This document shows positions 11,467 to 21,434 of a DNA stretch of 35,422 nucleotides, in pieces. The DNA is taken from NCBI GenBank assembly GCA_031366795.1, contig JANLOX010000447.1, positions 1-35,422 on the forward strand. The letters run 5' to 3'. The notes beneath the pieces are model-generated. The model did no database searches. It saw nothing but the letters and a program-made list of their open reading frames with translations, and was not told the origin of the DNA. The translations under genes and the position numbers were made by a program. Within the stretch, counting starts at the first letter, position 1. Each line of letters opens with the position of its first letter. This DNA comes from Candidatus Eiseniibacteriota bacterium (lineage in GTDB: Bacteria; Eisenbacteria; RBG-16-71-46).

Positions 11467-12891
11467 TCAGCGGACCGCCGCTTTGGCCTCCTGGCGCATC
11501 AGGTGGATCGCGTAGCCCTCGGCATCCTCGGCGGCCTCGCCGATCGTCTCGGCCACCGTCGGGTGCGCGTGAATGGCCTGAGCGAGCGCCTGGATATCGA
11601 GATCGGCCGCGATGGCGAGCGACACCTCGTGAATGATCTCGCTGGCCTTGGCCCCGATGATATGCGCGCCCAGCACCTGGTTGGTCGAGGCATCGGCGAT
11701 CAGCTTCACGAACCCGGCGGTCTCGCCATCGGCAATGTTGCGGCCATGGGCGCGGAACGGAAACCGGCCGATCTTCAGCTCGCGGCCCTCGGCCTTCGCC
11801 TCGCGTTCGGTCAGGCCGACGCTGGCGATCTCGGGATTGGTGAACGTGGCCGCGGGCACCGCGCGCCAGTTCGTCTGCGCCGGATGCCCCGTGATGATCT
11901 CCGCGGCGGCCTTGCCCTGCGCCGAAGCGAAGTGCGCGAGCTGCTTGATGTCGGTGACGTCGCCGATGGCGTAGATGTTCGGCACCGAGGTCTGTAGCCG
12001 GTCGTTGACGACGATCTTGCCGCGATCGCCGCGCGCCACCCCCACGCTCTCGAGCCCCATGTCGGACGAGTACGGCTTGCGCCCCGTCGCCACCAGCACG
12101 CAATCGACCTCGATCGACTTGCCGCCGGCCAGCACCAGCGTGACCGCGTCGCCGGGTCCGTCCTTCACGCCCTCGACCTTGGTGCCGAGGTTCAAGTCGA
12201 TCTTGTGTTTCTTCATTTCGCGCTCGAGCGTCTGCGCGATTTCATCGTCCTCGTTCGGCAACAGGCGCGGCAACATCTCGATCAGCGTGACCTGCGAGCC
12301 GATCGAGGCGAAGAAACTGGCGAACTCGGTGCCCACGACACCACCGCCGAGCACCGCGAGCCGCTTGGGCTGCGCCTTCAAGTCGAGCGCTTCCTGGCTC
12401 GTGACGATGCGCGTCCCATCGATCTTGAATCCGGGCGGCACACTCGAGGTGGCGCCCGTGGCGAGCATGATCGTCGTTGCCGACAGCTCGGTGCTGCCGC
12501 CCGCCGCTTGCGCGACCACCATGCGCGTCGCCGAAGTGAGTCGCGCCGTGCCGCGGAAGATCTCGATACCGCGGCCCTTGAGCAGGACGCCTACGCCACT
12601 GGTCATCTGCTTGACGACCTTGTTCTTGCGCTCCAACAGCCAATCCCAGCGGATCTTCGGCTCACCGACTTCGATGCCGTACTCCTTCGCGCGCTTGATC
12701 TGCTCGTACAAGTGCGCCGACACGACCCATGCCTTGGTGGGAATGCAGCCCCAGTTGAGGCAGGTGCCGCCGAGTTCGTCCTTTTCGACGACGGCGGTCT
12801 TGAGGCCAAGCTGCGCGGCGCGGATCGCGGCGACGTAGCCGCCGGGACCGGTGCCGACGACGATGAGATCGAAATGCTGGACGTCAGGCAT
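11467..12891 (-). CDS. lpdA: Dihydrolipoyl dehydrogenase (E3)
   Basis: GTGPGGYVAAIRAAQLG, redox disulfide GGTCLNWGCIPTK, NAD site GGGVVGTE, C-terminal HAHPTVAE. Confidence 0.96.
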   Translation of the reverse strand: MPDVQHFDLIVVGTGPGGYVAAIRAAQLGLKTAVVEKDELGGTCLNWGCIPTKAWVVSAHLYEQIKRAKEYGIEVGEPKIRWDWLLERKNKVVKQMTSGVGVLLKGRGIEIFRGTARLTSATRMVVAQAAGGSTELSATTIMLATGATSSVPPGFKIDGTRIVTSQEALDLKAQPKRLAVLGGGVVGTEFASFFASIGSQVTLIEMLPRLLPNEDDEIAQTLEREMKKHKIDLNLGTKVEGVKDGPGDAVTLVLAGGKSIEVDCVLVATGRKPYSSDMGLESVGVARGDRGKIVVNDRLQTSVPNIYAIGDVTDIKQLAHFASAQGKAAAEIITGHPAQTNWRAVPAATFTNPEIASVGLTEREAKAEGRELKIGRFPFRAHGRNIADGETAGFVKLIADASTNQVLGAHIIGAKASEIIHEVSLAIAADLDIQALAQAIHAHPTVAETIGEAAEDAEGYAIHLMRQEAKAAVR

Positions 12892-12949
12892 GGAGGAGAG
12901 CTCGCGTTGGGGTCTTTAAACGATGAGGGATCACCCGCTTGGATGCCCG

Positions 12950-12979
12950 ACTGTAGGAACGGTGCCGAAGTGGTGTCAA
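12950..12979 (-). promoter_or_regulatory. Sigma-70-type promoter for lpdA
   Basis: TTGACA (12974-12979), 18-nt spacer, TACAGT (12950-12955) on the minus strand. Confidence 0.6.
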
Positions 12980-13094
12980 TGGGCCGCCCTTTGCTGAAAT
13001 TTGCGCGATTTGGCGGGCGGTTCAGGGTGTAGCCTTGGGCCGACGCGCCTGCCCCGCCGCACTCCCTCGGGGCGAACCCCCTCAGGAGGCCTCC

Positions 13095-15548
13095 ATGTCG
13101 CCACGACCCAAGGCATTGATTGTTTGGATTGCCGTCGCCTGCCTGTTCGCATTCGCCACTGCGGTCTCCGCGAACTGTCCGCCCGGGCAACTGTATCCCA
13201 ACTTCACGCTCCAGACGGCCGGCAACAGTCCCTTCGGCGTACTGGTGGCGGATCTCAATCGCGATGGGATCCCCGACATCGCGGCGGTCGACAATGGCTC
13301 GGCGGAGGTCGGCACCCTGCTCGGCGTCGGCAACGGGGCTTTCCAGACGGTCCGCACCTTCAGTGTCGGGCCGGGACCAGGACACGTCGCCGCCGCGGAT
13401 TTCAATGGTGATTCGATTCTCGATATCGCCGTCAACAGCTCAGGCGGTGATGCGATCAGTGTGCTCCGCGGCAACGGTGATGGCACATTCCGTGTCCGCA
13501 CGTTGGTCCCCGCCGGGCATGCGCCCTACGGTGTGGCTGCGGGCGACTTCAACTCCGACGGCAAGATGGATCTGGTGTCGGCGAATTTCCTCGGCAACAA
13601 CGTATCAGTAATGCGAGGGGATGGCGCCGGGGGGTTCTCCCTCCCCGATTCGTTCCCGGCAGGGATCCACCCGTACTTCATCGCCACGGCGGACTTCAAT
13701 GGCGACGGCATCCTCGACCTGGCCGTCACGAACCAGGATGGCAACGACATCTCGATCCTGCTCGGCAATGGCAGCTCCCGCCACGGCAACGGCACATTCG
13801 GCGCAGCGGTTCACTACAACACGGGCTTCTATCCCTACTCGCTGGCGATCGGCGACTTCAATGCCGACGGCATCGCCGACCTGGCCGTCGCCAACGGCGG
13901 TAGCGGCGACATTGTCGTGCTACGCGGCCTTGGCGCAGCGGGAGCCGGCAATGGCAGCTTCGCCCCGGGACTGAGCTATGGCACCGGCGGACAACCGCGC
14001 TCTGTGATCACGGGTGATTTTGACGGCGATGGCGTGCTCGATCTTGCCGTCGCCGACTACGGCGGTCTGGTCGAGGTGTTGCCCGGCCTGAAGACAGCAG
14101 GCGTCGCGAATGTCACGTTCGACCTGGCCCAGGTATACGGCGCCGGCAGCGGCGCGACGTTCCTCGCCCAGGGCGACTTCAATCGCGATGGCCTGCCCGA
14201 TCTCGCCGTTGCCAACTACGGCACCACGGCGGTCGCGGTCTTGCTGCACGGCTGTGGCGCTCCGCCCCCGCCTCCGCCGCCGCCGAGTTCGCACGCGCCC
14301 ACGTTGACGCGCGTGCGTGATGTTCCCAACGACCAGGGCGGCAAGGTGTTCGTCACCTGGCTGCACAGCGATCTCGACAGCACGGGCTTAAGCACCATCA
14401 CGGGCTACCGCGTGTGGCGGCGCATCATGCCGGAGTCGTCCTCGGTGACTATCGGCGCGCCACATGGCGCACCCCTGTCGCTGCGTCCATTAACCCTGCT
14501 GACGCTCGCGCAGAAATCCGGGAACTCCACGACGGTCACGTTTTGGGAAGCGCTCGTGACGCTGCCGCCCGAAGCATTGCAGGGCTACGGCTATACCGCG
14601 CCGACGACACAGGACTCCATGGCGAGTGGCAACCCTTACACCGCGTTCTTCGTCACGGCGCTGACCCAGAACCCGGCGGTGTTCTACCCGTCCAACATCG
14701 ACAGCGGGTTCTCCGTCGACAACCTGCCGCCCGCGGCACCCGGTGGCGCGAACGCGACCTTCACCCCGACGGCAACTTCGCTGCGCTGGAACTCGAATCA
14801 CGAAGCCGATCTCGCCGGCTACCGCATCTACCGCACTCCCCACTCCGGGGGTGGCAACACCGTGTTGCTGCTGCCGCTCGCATTCACCAGCGACACGGCC
14901 TACTTCGATGCGAGCGGCGGGACGTCCTATTCCTATGGAGTGGCGGCCGTGGATCTCCACGGCGGCGAAAGCGCGCGCATCGTGCTGACGCCGTCGCTGG
15001 TCACGGAAGCCCTTGCCACGATCGCGTTGACGGAAGTGGATCCGAGTTGCGTGCATCTCGAGTGGTCCGGTAGTGCCGTCGCGGGCAGGCAGGGCGCGGT
15101 GTTCAGAAGTGAAGGCAATGACGCGTGGAGCCCTGTCGGAACCGCGACCGCCGCGGCAAACGGCCGGCTCACCTTCGATGACCGCAGCATCGTCGCCGGA
15201 CGCCGCTACGGCTACCGGCTCGACCTGGCCGGCGGCGGGCTCGTCACTTCGGAAGTGTGGGTCAACGTGCCGCTCGGCGCCCTGGCGCTCGCGGGTGCCC
15301 GTCCCAATCCCTCGCGCAGTGGCGCGCTGAGCGTGGCGTTCTCGCTCGCCTCGGATGCTCCCGCATCGCTCGAGTTGATCGACATGGCGGGGCGACGCGT
15401 ATTGCGGCGCTCGCTCACGGAACTTGGGCCTGGGCCACACGTCGTGGCCATTGAACGCGAGTCCCCGCTGCCGGTCGGGGTCTACGCGATCCGCCTGTCG
15501 CAGTCGGGCAGGACGCTGTCGACGAAGGCGGCCGTGGTAATGCGCTAG
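13095..15548 (+). CDS. Secreted FG-GAP/VCBS-repeat beta-propeller protein with Fn3-like module and FlgD/T9SS-like C-terminal domain
   Basis: AGGAGG SD, signal peptide, seven DxNxDGxxDLAV-type repeats, poly-Pro linker, RDVPNDQGG domain, C-terminal PNPS...IDMAGRRV...GVYAIRL. Confidence 0.9.
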   Translation: MSPRPKALIVWIAVACLFAFATAVSANCPPGQLYPNFTLQTAGNSPFGVLVADLNRDGIPDIAAVDNGSAEVGTLLGVGNGAFQTVRTFSVGPGPGHVAAADFNGDSILDIAVNSSGGDAISVLRGNGDGTFRVRTLVPAGHAPYGVAAGDFNSDGKMDLVSANFLGNNVSVMRGDGAGGFSLPDSFPAGIHPYFIATADFNGDGILDLAVTNQDGNDISILLGNGSSRHGNGTFGAAVHYNTGFYPYSLAIGDFNADGIADLAVANGGSGDIVVLRGLGAAGAGNGSFAPGLSYGTGGQPRSVITGDFDGDGVLDLAVADYGGLVEVLPGLKTAGVANVTFDLAQVYGAGSGATFLAQGDFNRDGLPDLAVANYGTTAVAVLLHGCGAPPPPPPPPSSHAPTLTRVRDVPNDQGGKVFVTWLHSDLDSTGLSTITGYRVWRRIMPESSSVTIGAPHGAPLSLRPLTLLTLAQKSGNSTTVTFWEALVTLPPEALQGYGYTAPTTQDSMASGNPYTAFFVTALTQNPAVFYPSNIDSGFSVDNLPPAAPGGANATFTPTATSLRWNSNHEADLAGYRIYRTPHSGGGNTVLLLPLAFTSDTAYFDASGGTSYSYGVAAVDLHGGESARIVLTPSLVTEALATIALTEVDPSCVHLEWSGSAVAGRQGAVFRSEGNDAWSPVGTATAAANGRLTFDDRSIVAGRRYGYRLDLAGGGLVTSEVWVNVPLGALALAGARPNPSRSGALSVAFSLASDAPASLELIDMAGRRVLRRSLTELGPGPHVVAIERESPLPVGVYAIRLSQSGRTLSTKAAVVMR

Positions 15549-15599
15549 TTCTTACCTTTCATGAAGCAGGTCCGACTCCGCCCGGCGGGGAAGTTACCG

Positions 15600-16367
15600 C
15601 TACTTCCCTGCCGGGGCGGACTTCTGGGCCATGCGCTGCATCGCGGCGGTGATCGTGGCCTTGAACTCATCGCTCGGCGCATTCTCGAGCGCGTCGCGAT
15701 AGTACTTCTGCGCCACCGCCGTCTCGCCGCGGCGATCGCTGACGATCCCCAGGTTGAACAGCGCGATCGGCTGGCGCGGGTCGATGCGCAACGCCTGGTG
15801 GAACAAGGCCTCGGCGTCGCGCGCGGCGCCGAGGTTGTAGTAGCAGACGCCCAAGTCGACCATCGGCGCCACCCGCGTCGAGTCGCGGCGCAATGCCGCC
15901 TTGTAGTGAATGATCGCCTCGTCCCAGTTGCCCGTGTCATAGAGCACGTTGGCGAGCGCGATCTGGGCGCCGATGTTCGTCGAATCGGCGGCGAGGGCGG
16001 CGCGCGCGGAGTCGGCGTACGACTGCTGTTGGGGATTGGAGCCGGCGATCGCGTGGGTCTGGATCTGGTTGCGGTCGCGGAATGATTGGATCCCCGTCCA
16101 GACCAGGATGCCCGCGGCAAACGTGCCGAACAGCAACCACAGCCAGACCGACTGGCCCTGCAGGGGCGAGCCGCGACGTTGTGGCCGGCGCAGCGTGTTG
16201 GGCCGCGGGAACTCCGTCGACCCGGCCGGGCCCGGGGCGCCGGACGGCCGGTCGGCGGCAGCCGCTGCGAGCGGCGGGAGTTCGAGCGGGAAGTTGCAGG
16301 AGTCGCAGGCACTCGCGCCGCCGGAATTCCGGTAGCCACAACTGGGACAGATCACGTCTTCGAGCAT
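15600..16367 (-). CDS. Zinc-ribbon, single-TM, TPR-repeat membrane protein
   Basis: CPSC-x10-CDSC at the N-terminus, TM helix (WLWLLFGTFAAGILVW), three TPR-like repeats; GAGG SD. Confidence 0.85.
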   Translation of the reverse strand: MLEDVICPSCGYRNSGGASACDSCNFPLELPPLAAAAADRPSGAPGPAGSTEFPRPNTLRRPQRRGSPLQGQSVWLWLLFGTFAAGILVWTGIQSFRDRNQIQTHAIAGSNPQQQSYADSARAALAADSTNIGAQIALANVLYDTGNWDEAIIHYKAALRRDSTRVAPMVDLGVCYYNLGAARDAEALFHQALRIDPRQPIALFNLGIVSDRRGETAVAQKYYRDALENAPSDEFKATITAAMQRMAQKSAPAGK

Positions 16368-16407
16368 CGATGCCTCACGGGGTGCGCACGGTCGCGGCAG
16401 GACCGCG

Positions 16408-16437
16408 ACTATAGAGAGCGGAAGCGGCGATGCTCAA
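16408..16437 (-). promoter_or_regulatory. Possible sigma-70 promoter for the TPR gene
   Basis: TTGAGC-N18-TATAGT on the minus strand. Confidence 0.4.
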
Positions 16438-17495
16438 GCGCGCTTCGTCGCTGCCGCCTTGACCGGCCCGGTGAACTGTCCGATCAGCGATTGCACGACC
16501 GCCGCACCCGGCAGCGCGAGCAGCGCGCCCGCGGGCCCGAGCAACTGTGCGCCGGCGAGCACACTGAAGGTCACCACGAAGGGGTGCATCTTGAGGAACC
16601 GCCCCATCACCCGCGGCGTGATGAAGGTGCCGATGGTCCAGTTGATCACCACATAGGTCAGCACGCCCGTCAACGCGGTCGGCGGATCGACGCTCAGTCC
16701 CGCGAGCGCGAGCGCAACGAAGGCGACCATGAATCCAAGGTAGGGGATCAGTTCGGCGACACCGGTCAGCAGGCCCAGCAGCATTGCTGCGGGATAGTGC
16801 TGCAGCGACAGCGCTACCCCCACCGCGGCGCCGGTCACAAGGCACACGATGGCCTGCCCCCGCACCCAGCCGCGAATCGCGTGATCGACGGACGTGCCCA
16901 TGCGCGCGAGGTCGGGTTGCGCCGCGACGGGCACGAAGCGGAACACACTCGCACGCACTTCCGCCGAGTCGGCAAGCAGGTAGAACGCGAGCAGCGGCAA
17001 CAGGGCCACCCCCAGCAACTCGCCGATGCTGCCGAACAACTTTCCTGCCACTGTGGGAAGCAGAGCACCCAGGTTGCCCAGCCAGTGCGAAGCATTGGTG
17101 CGCGCGCTCTCGACGAGCGGGTCGAGCCACGAGCTCAAGCCATGGCTCACGCCGTACAGCCGCAGGGTCTCGGCGAGGTGGCCCAGGGTCGCGGGAGCGA
17201 TCGAGGCGAAGTGAACGAGTTCGGTCGCCAGGCGCGGAATGGCCAGCGCGAGCAGCCATGCCACCAGCCCCACCAGCGCGAGCACAATGGTCGCGGCCGC
17301 GATGTGGCGCGGCAGTTGGGTGCCGCGGGGCCCACGAATGTGCTCGAGCGCACCCACCAACGGCGACAGCGCGTAGGCCAGCAACACCGCATAGCCCACG
17401 AGGATCGCCAATCCGGGCATCGTCCAGATGAAAATCGCAACGATGGCGGCGAGTCCCAGCAGCGTCGTGCGCGTCGAGGCCAGCGGAGTGGTCAT
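16434..17495 (-). CDS. AI-2E (PerM/UPF0118) family transporter
   Basis: Polytopic membrane protein with LAYALSPLV, FYLLAD, WVRGQ, ELIPYLG, PRVMG...MHP and LLGPAGALLALP signatures; start position approximate. Confidence 0.9.
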   Translation of the reverse strand: MTTPLASTRTTLLGLAAIVAIFIWTMPGLAILVGYAVLLAYALSPLVGALEHIRGPRGTQLPRHIAAATIVLALVGLVAWLLALAIPRLATELVHFASIAPATLGHLAETLRLYGVSHGLSSWLDPLVESARTNASHWLGNLGALLPTVAGKLFGSIGELLGVALLPLLAFYLLADSAEVRASVFRFVPVAAQPDLARMGTSVDHAIRGWVRGQAIVCLVTGAAVGVALSLQHYPAAMLLGLLTGVAELIPYLGFMVAFVALALAGLSVDPPTALTGVLTYVVINWTIGTFITPRVMGRFLKMHPFVVTFSVLAGAQLLGPAGALLALPGAAVVQSLIGQFTGPVKAAATKRA

Positions 17496-17591
17496 GGTAG
17501 TCAGTGTCCCTCCTTGAGGTACGCCGCGGACCATACATCACTTGCGGGCCGGTCCCCCGCCGCGCGGGCTGTTCACAGTGCCATGACAGCG

Positions 17592-17620
17592 TTGCCGGTG
17601 CTGGGCGTGGGTGCTAGCGT
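17592..17620 (+). promoter_or_regulatory. Sigma-70 promoter with extended -10 just upstream of the nucleotidase ATG
   Basis: TTGCCG-N17-TAGCGT with TG at 17612-17613; -10 ends 9 nt before ATG 17630; no SD. Confidence 0.5.
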
Positions 17621-17629
17621 TGAAAGACT

Positions 17630-20600
17630 ATGCGCATACCCTCCATTGCCACACTCGCCCTGCTGACGTTGAGCCTCGCGGTGCCCGCCCGGGCTGAATA
17701 CACGCGTCTGTTGATCGCCCACACCACCGACCTCCATGGGTCGCTGACGGGCTGGGACTACCTTGCAGACCGCGCCGCACCGCGCGGTTTAGTGAAGATC
17801 GCCACCACGATCGACTCGCTGCGCGCCACGGGTGTACCGCTGCTGTTGCTCGATAACGGCGACACTATCGAGGGAGCGGGCATCGAGACGGTGCAGCATC
17901 TGAAGAGTGTCTTAGGCAGCGACCCGATGATCGGTGCGATGTCGAAGCTTGGCTACGACGCCATGTCGGTGGGCAACCACGAGTTCGATTTCGGCCGCGA
18001 GGTGCTGGAGCGCGCGCGCAAGCAGGCGAGCTTCCCCATGCTGGCCGCGAACATCGTGAACGCCCCCGATGGCACCGCCGCGTTCACGCCCTCGCTGGTC
18101 AAGGTCGTGGGCAGCGTGCGCATCGGCGTCGTGGGGCTGTGCACTCCCGCCGTGCCGCAGATGACGGATCCCGCCAACGTCGCGGGGCTGCGCTTCATCT
18201 CGCCCATCGAGGCGGCACAGCGCGAAGTGGCGCGGTTGCGCACGGTCGAGCATTGCGACGTGATCGTGCTGCTCGCGCACACCGGCATGGAGCGCGACAC
18301 CGTCGAGGTCGCCGCCACCATCGCCGTCAACGCGAGCTACAAGGCGCCCACGCCCGATGAAAACTGGGGCTACCGCCTGCTGACACAGGTGGCGGGCGTC
18401 GACGCCGTGATCCTCGGCCACACACACACCACGCTGGCACTGGTGCGCGGCGACGTCGCGTGCGGGCAGGCGGGCAAGAATGGCGAAGCGCTGGGCGTCA
18501 TCGATTTGAGCCTGAGCCGCGGCGCTCCCACCGAAGCGTGGCACGTGACGAATCGCAGCGTGAGCAACTCACCGACAACGATGCGACTGGCCGACCAGCC
18601 CGCGATGGCCGCGATGGCAGCACCCGTTCACGACGCCACCGAGCTGGCACTGGCGCAGACTATCGCGAACACCGCACATGCGTTGGCCTCGCCGTTCGGG
18701 CGCGCCGCGGACAGCCCGGTGTGGGACCTCGTGCATCGCGCGCAACTCGAGGCCTCGGGCGCCGACGTTTCGCTGGCGGCGCTGTACGACGCGGACGTGC
18801 GCATCGAGCCGGGCCCGATCACCTTGCGGCAAGTGCTACGCGTCTACCCGTTCGACAACACCCTGGTTTCCGTTCGCCTCACGGGTTCCCAGTTGCGTGA
18901 CGTGCTTGAGTACTCCGCGCGCCAGTTCGCGCCCTACGAGTTCAAGTTCAGCCGCTCCCTCTTCATGCCGGGTGCGGTCGGCTACAACTTCGACGCCGCG
19001 CGCGGTGTGACCTACGCGATCGACATCACGAAGCCCGCCGGCAGCCGTATCGTGAACCTGCGGCGTAACGGCCTGCCGCTCGCCGATGGGGATTCGCTGA
19101 CGGTGGTCACGAACAGCTATCGCGCCGGTGGCGGCGGCGGCTTCCCGTGGCTCGCGGCAGCACCCCGGGTCTGGAGCACCGCGCGCCGCGCGCATGAAGT
19201 GATCGCCGACTACCTGCGCAAGCACGCGCCGCTCGAGCAAAATTTCAAACCCGGCTGGCGGTTGTCGCCGAACTACGTCGCAACGCCCGAGCGCCCGCTG
19301 GTCGAACGACTCGTCAAGGCGGGCCTGCTCTCGCAGACGGAAGCCGCCTCACTGGATGCGACCACTCAGGCCACGCGCGGCGACATGGCATATTGGCTGT
19401 CACGCTCCTTCGGCTGGCGCTCCGCGAAGCTCACGCAGGCGTACGCGGGTGTCCCCGACTCGCTGGTGCCGTGGCTCGACGGGCTGCTCAAGCGCAAGGC
19501 GCTGGGCGCCACGATGACGTTCAAGACGCTACAGCCTTCGCAATCCCTGCAACTGCGCACCGCCCTCGACTGGAGCGAACGCACCGCTCGCAGCGCCGGC
19601 TACTCGCTGCGGCCGGTGTCGGACCCGGCGTACCGTGCGAGCCTGATGCAGCGCATCAAGCTCGCAGACGACGCCACGCTGACGCGCGCCGATATGCTGG
19701 GCATCATCGCGAACCTGCGCTACCCGGAACTGCGCATTCTGGAGACCACCGACTTCCACGGCTTCATCCTCGGCGGCAGCAAGGACCGCCGCAGCGGCCG
19801 CCAGCTCGGCGGCTCCGCCGTGCTCGCGGCGTGGATCTCCAAGCTGACCGCCGAGAACCCGACGGGAACGGTGCTGATCGATGGCGGCGATTGCTTCCAG
19901 GGCACGATGATCTCGAACCTCCAGTTCGGCCGCCCGATCGTCGAGCAGATGAATGCCATCGGCTACTCCGCCATGGCGATCGGCAACCACGAATTCGACT
20001 GGACCGCCGACACGCTCGCCGCGCGCATTCGCGGCATGAGGTTCGCAGCACTGGCCGCCAACATGGTCGAGCGCAAGACGCACAAGCTGCCCCGCTGGGC
20101 GCGACCCGACACCGTGGTCTCGCGCGCCGGTATCAAGGTCGGCATTCTCGGCATGGCCTATCGCAACACGCCCACCGTGACGCTGGCGAAGAACGTCGCG
20201 ATGTTGAGTTTCGAGGACGACTCGGCGACCGCAGCGCGCATCGTGCCCGAGCTCCAGAAACGCAGCGATATCGTGATCAGCATCGGCCACACGCCCGCCG
20301 AGACCGACTCGAACCGCGTCGCCAGGAGCGGCGACCTCGTGCGGCTCGCCAAGGGCGTCCCCGGCGTCTCCGCGTGGTTTGGCGGCCACAGCCATAACCA
20401 GATCGCCGATCGCGTCAATGGGGTACCCGTAATGATCGCCGGCGCGCACGGCGAAGTCGTCGCTGTGTGCGACCTGACGGTCGACCCGATCGCCAACCGC
20501 GTTATCGACTCGCGCTACGACCTGGTCAAGACGTGGGCCGATGAAGTCACCCCCGACTCCGCGATGGCCGTCCGCGTAACACGCTGGAACGCCACGGTCT

Positions 20601-21205
20601 CGGAACTCGCCGGCAGGAAGCTCGGCACGCTCGCGACGCCGCTCAAGCGCAACCGCGGCGGCGAGGGCCTGATCGGCGACATCGTCTCCGATGCGATGCG
20701 CGCAGGCTCCGGCGCCGATATCGCACTCGCCAACAGCGGGGGACTCCGCGCCGACATGGATCCCGGCGACATCACGCGCGGCTCGATCTACGAAGTGATG
20801 CCGTTCGACAACACCGTGTTCACGATGGGCCTGACCGCGCGCGAAGTACGCATGGCGCTCGAACAGGCGCTCAAGTTCGGCCGCGTCACACAGGTCAGCG
20901 GCATTCGCTACCGCTTCGATTCGAAGCGCCCCGCACTGGATCGCGTGCTCGAACTCACCGACGCCAAGGGCGCGCCGCTCGATTCGACGAAGACCTTCAA
21001 GGTCGCGGTCAACGACTTTATGGCCACCGGTGGCGACAACTACGACGTGCTTTCCGGCGGCAAGGACCGCCAGCCCACGAGCCTGCTGGTGCGCGAAGCA
21101 CTCGAGACCTACGTGAGCGGGTTGGGCGCGGAGGGACCGCTGTCGCTGACGCTGGATGGCCGCATCAAGCGCGAGGGCGGCGGGGATTCGGGCGGCGGGG
21201 AGTAG
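17630..21205 (+). CDS. Secreted tandem 2',3'-cyclic-nucleotide phosphodiesterase / 5'-nucleotidase (CpdB + UshA modules, YfkN-like)
   Basis: Two full metallophosphoesterase motif sets (TTDLHG/DNGD/GNHEFD/GHTH and TTDFHG/DGGD/GNHEFD/GHSH), each followed by a 5'-nucleotidase C-terminal domain (YPFDN, MPFDN); signal peptide. Confidence 0.93.
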   Translation: MRIPSIATLALLTLSLAVPARAEYTRLLIAHTTDLHGSLTGWDYLADRAAPRGLVKIATTIDSLRATGVPLLLLDNGDTIEGAGIETVQHLKSVLGSDPMIGAMSKLGYDAMSVGNHEFDFGREVLERARKQASFPMLAANIVNAPDGTAAFTPSLVKVVGSVRIGVVGLCTPAVPQMTDPANVAGLRFISPIEAAQREVARLRTVEHCDVIVLLAHTGMERDTVEVAATIAVNASYKAPTPDENWGYRLLTQVAGVDAVILGHTHTTLALVRGDVACGQAGKNGEALGVIDLSLSRGAPTEAWHVTNRSVSNSPTTMRLADQPAMAAMAAPVHDATELALAQTIANTAHALASPFGRAADSPVWDLVHRAQLEASGADVSLAALYDADVRIEPGPITLRQVLRVYPFDNTLVSVRLTGSQLRDVLEYSARQFAPYEFKFSRSLFMPGAVGYNFDAARGVTYAIDITKPAGSRIVNLRRNGLPLADGDSLTVVTNSYRAGGGGGFPWLAAAPRVWSTARRAHEVIADYLRKHAPLEQNFKPGWRLSPNYVATPERPLVERLVKAGLLSQTEAASLDATTQATRGDMAYWLSRSFGWRSAKLTQAYAGVPDSLVPWLDGLLKRKALGATMTFKTLQPSQSLQLRTALDWSERTARSAGYSLRPVSDPAYRASLMQRIKLADDATLTRADMLGIIANLRYPELRILETTDFHGFILGGSKDRRSGRQLGGSAVLAAWISKLTAENPTGTVLIDGGDCFQGTMISNLQFGRPIVEQMNAIGYSAMAIGNHEFDWTADTLAARIRGMRFAALAANMVERKTHKLPRWARPDTVVSRAGIKVGILGMAYRNTPTVTLAKNVAMLSFEDDSATAARIVPELQKRSDIVISIGHTPAETDSNRVARSGDLVRLAKGVPGVSAWFGGHSHNQIADRVNGVPVMIAGAHGEVVAVCDLTVDPIANRVIDSRYDLVKTWADEVTPDSAMAVRVTRWNATVSELAGRKLGTLATPLKRNRGGEGLIGDIVSDAMRAGSGADIALANSGGLRADMDPGDITRGSIYEVMPFDNTVFTMGLTAREVRMALEQALKFGRVTQVSGIRYRFDSKRPALDRVLELTDAKGAPLDSTKTFKVAVNDFMATGGDNYDVLSGGKDRQPTSLLVREALETYVSGLGAEGPLSLTLDGRIKREGGGDSGGGE

Positions 21206-21230
21206 CGCGGTAGAAATTTTATTTCCCGCG
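21206..21230 (+). terminator. Hairpin right after the nucleotidase stop, in a convergent intergenic region
   Basis: CGCGG-TA-GAAAT-ttt-ATTTC-CCGCG; no U-tract, so termination function is uncertain. Confidence 0.3.
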
Positions 21231-21434
21231 GCAACATGCTCACTCAACGCGAAGCGGTCGCCACCATCGCAACTGTCCGCGCGGACACCTGATCGCCGAC
21301 CGGATTCCCAACTGTCCCCGCCTGACGATTCATGGACAATCGCGAGCGGTGTGACGGGCCGCGCGTGGCGACCATCAGTTCGCGACGGCGCGACTCGCGC
21401 CGAGCCGTGCCACAGCCCAGCAGCGCTCCGCTCC

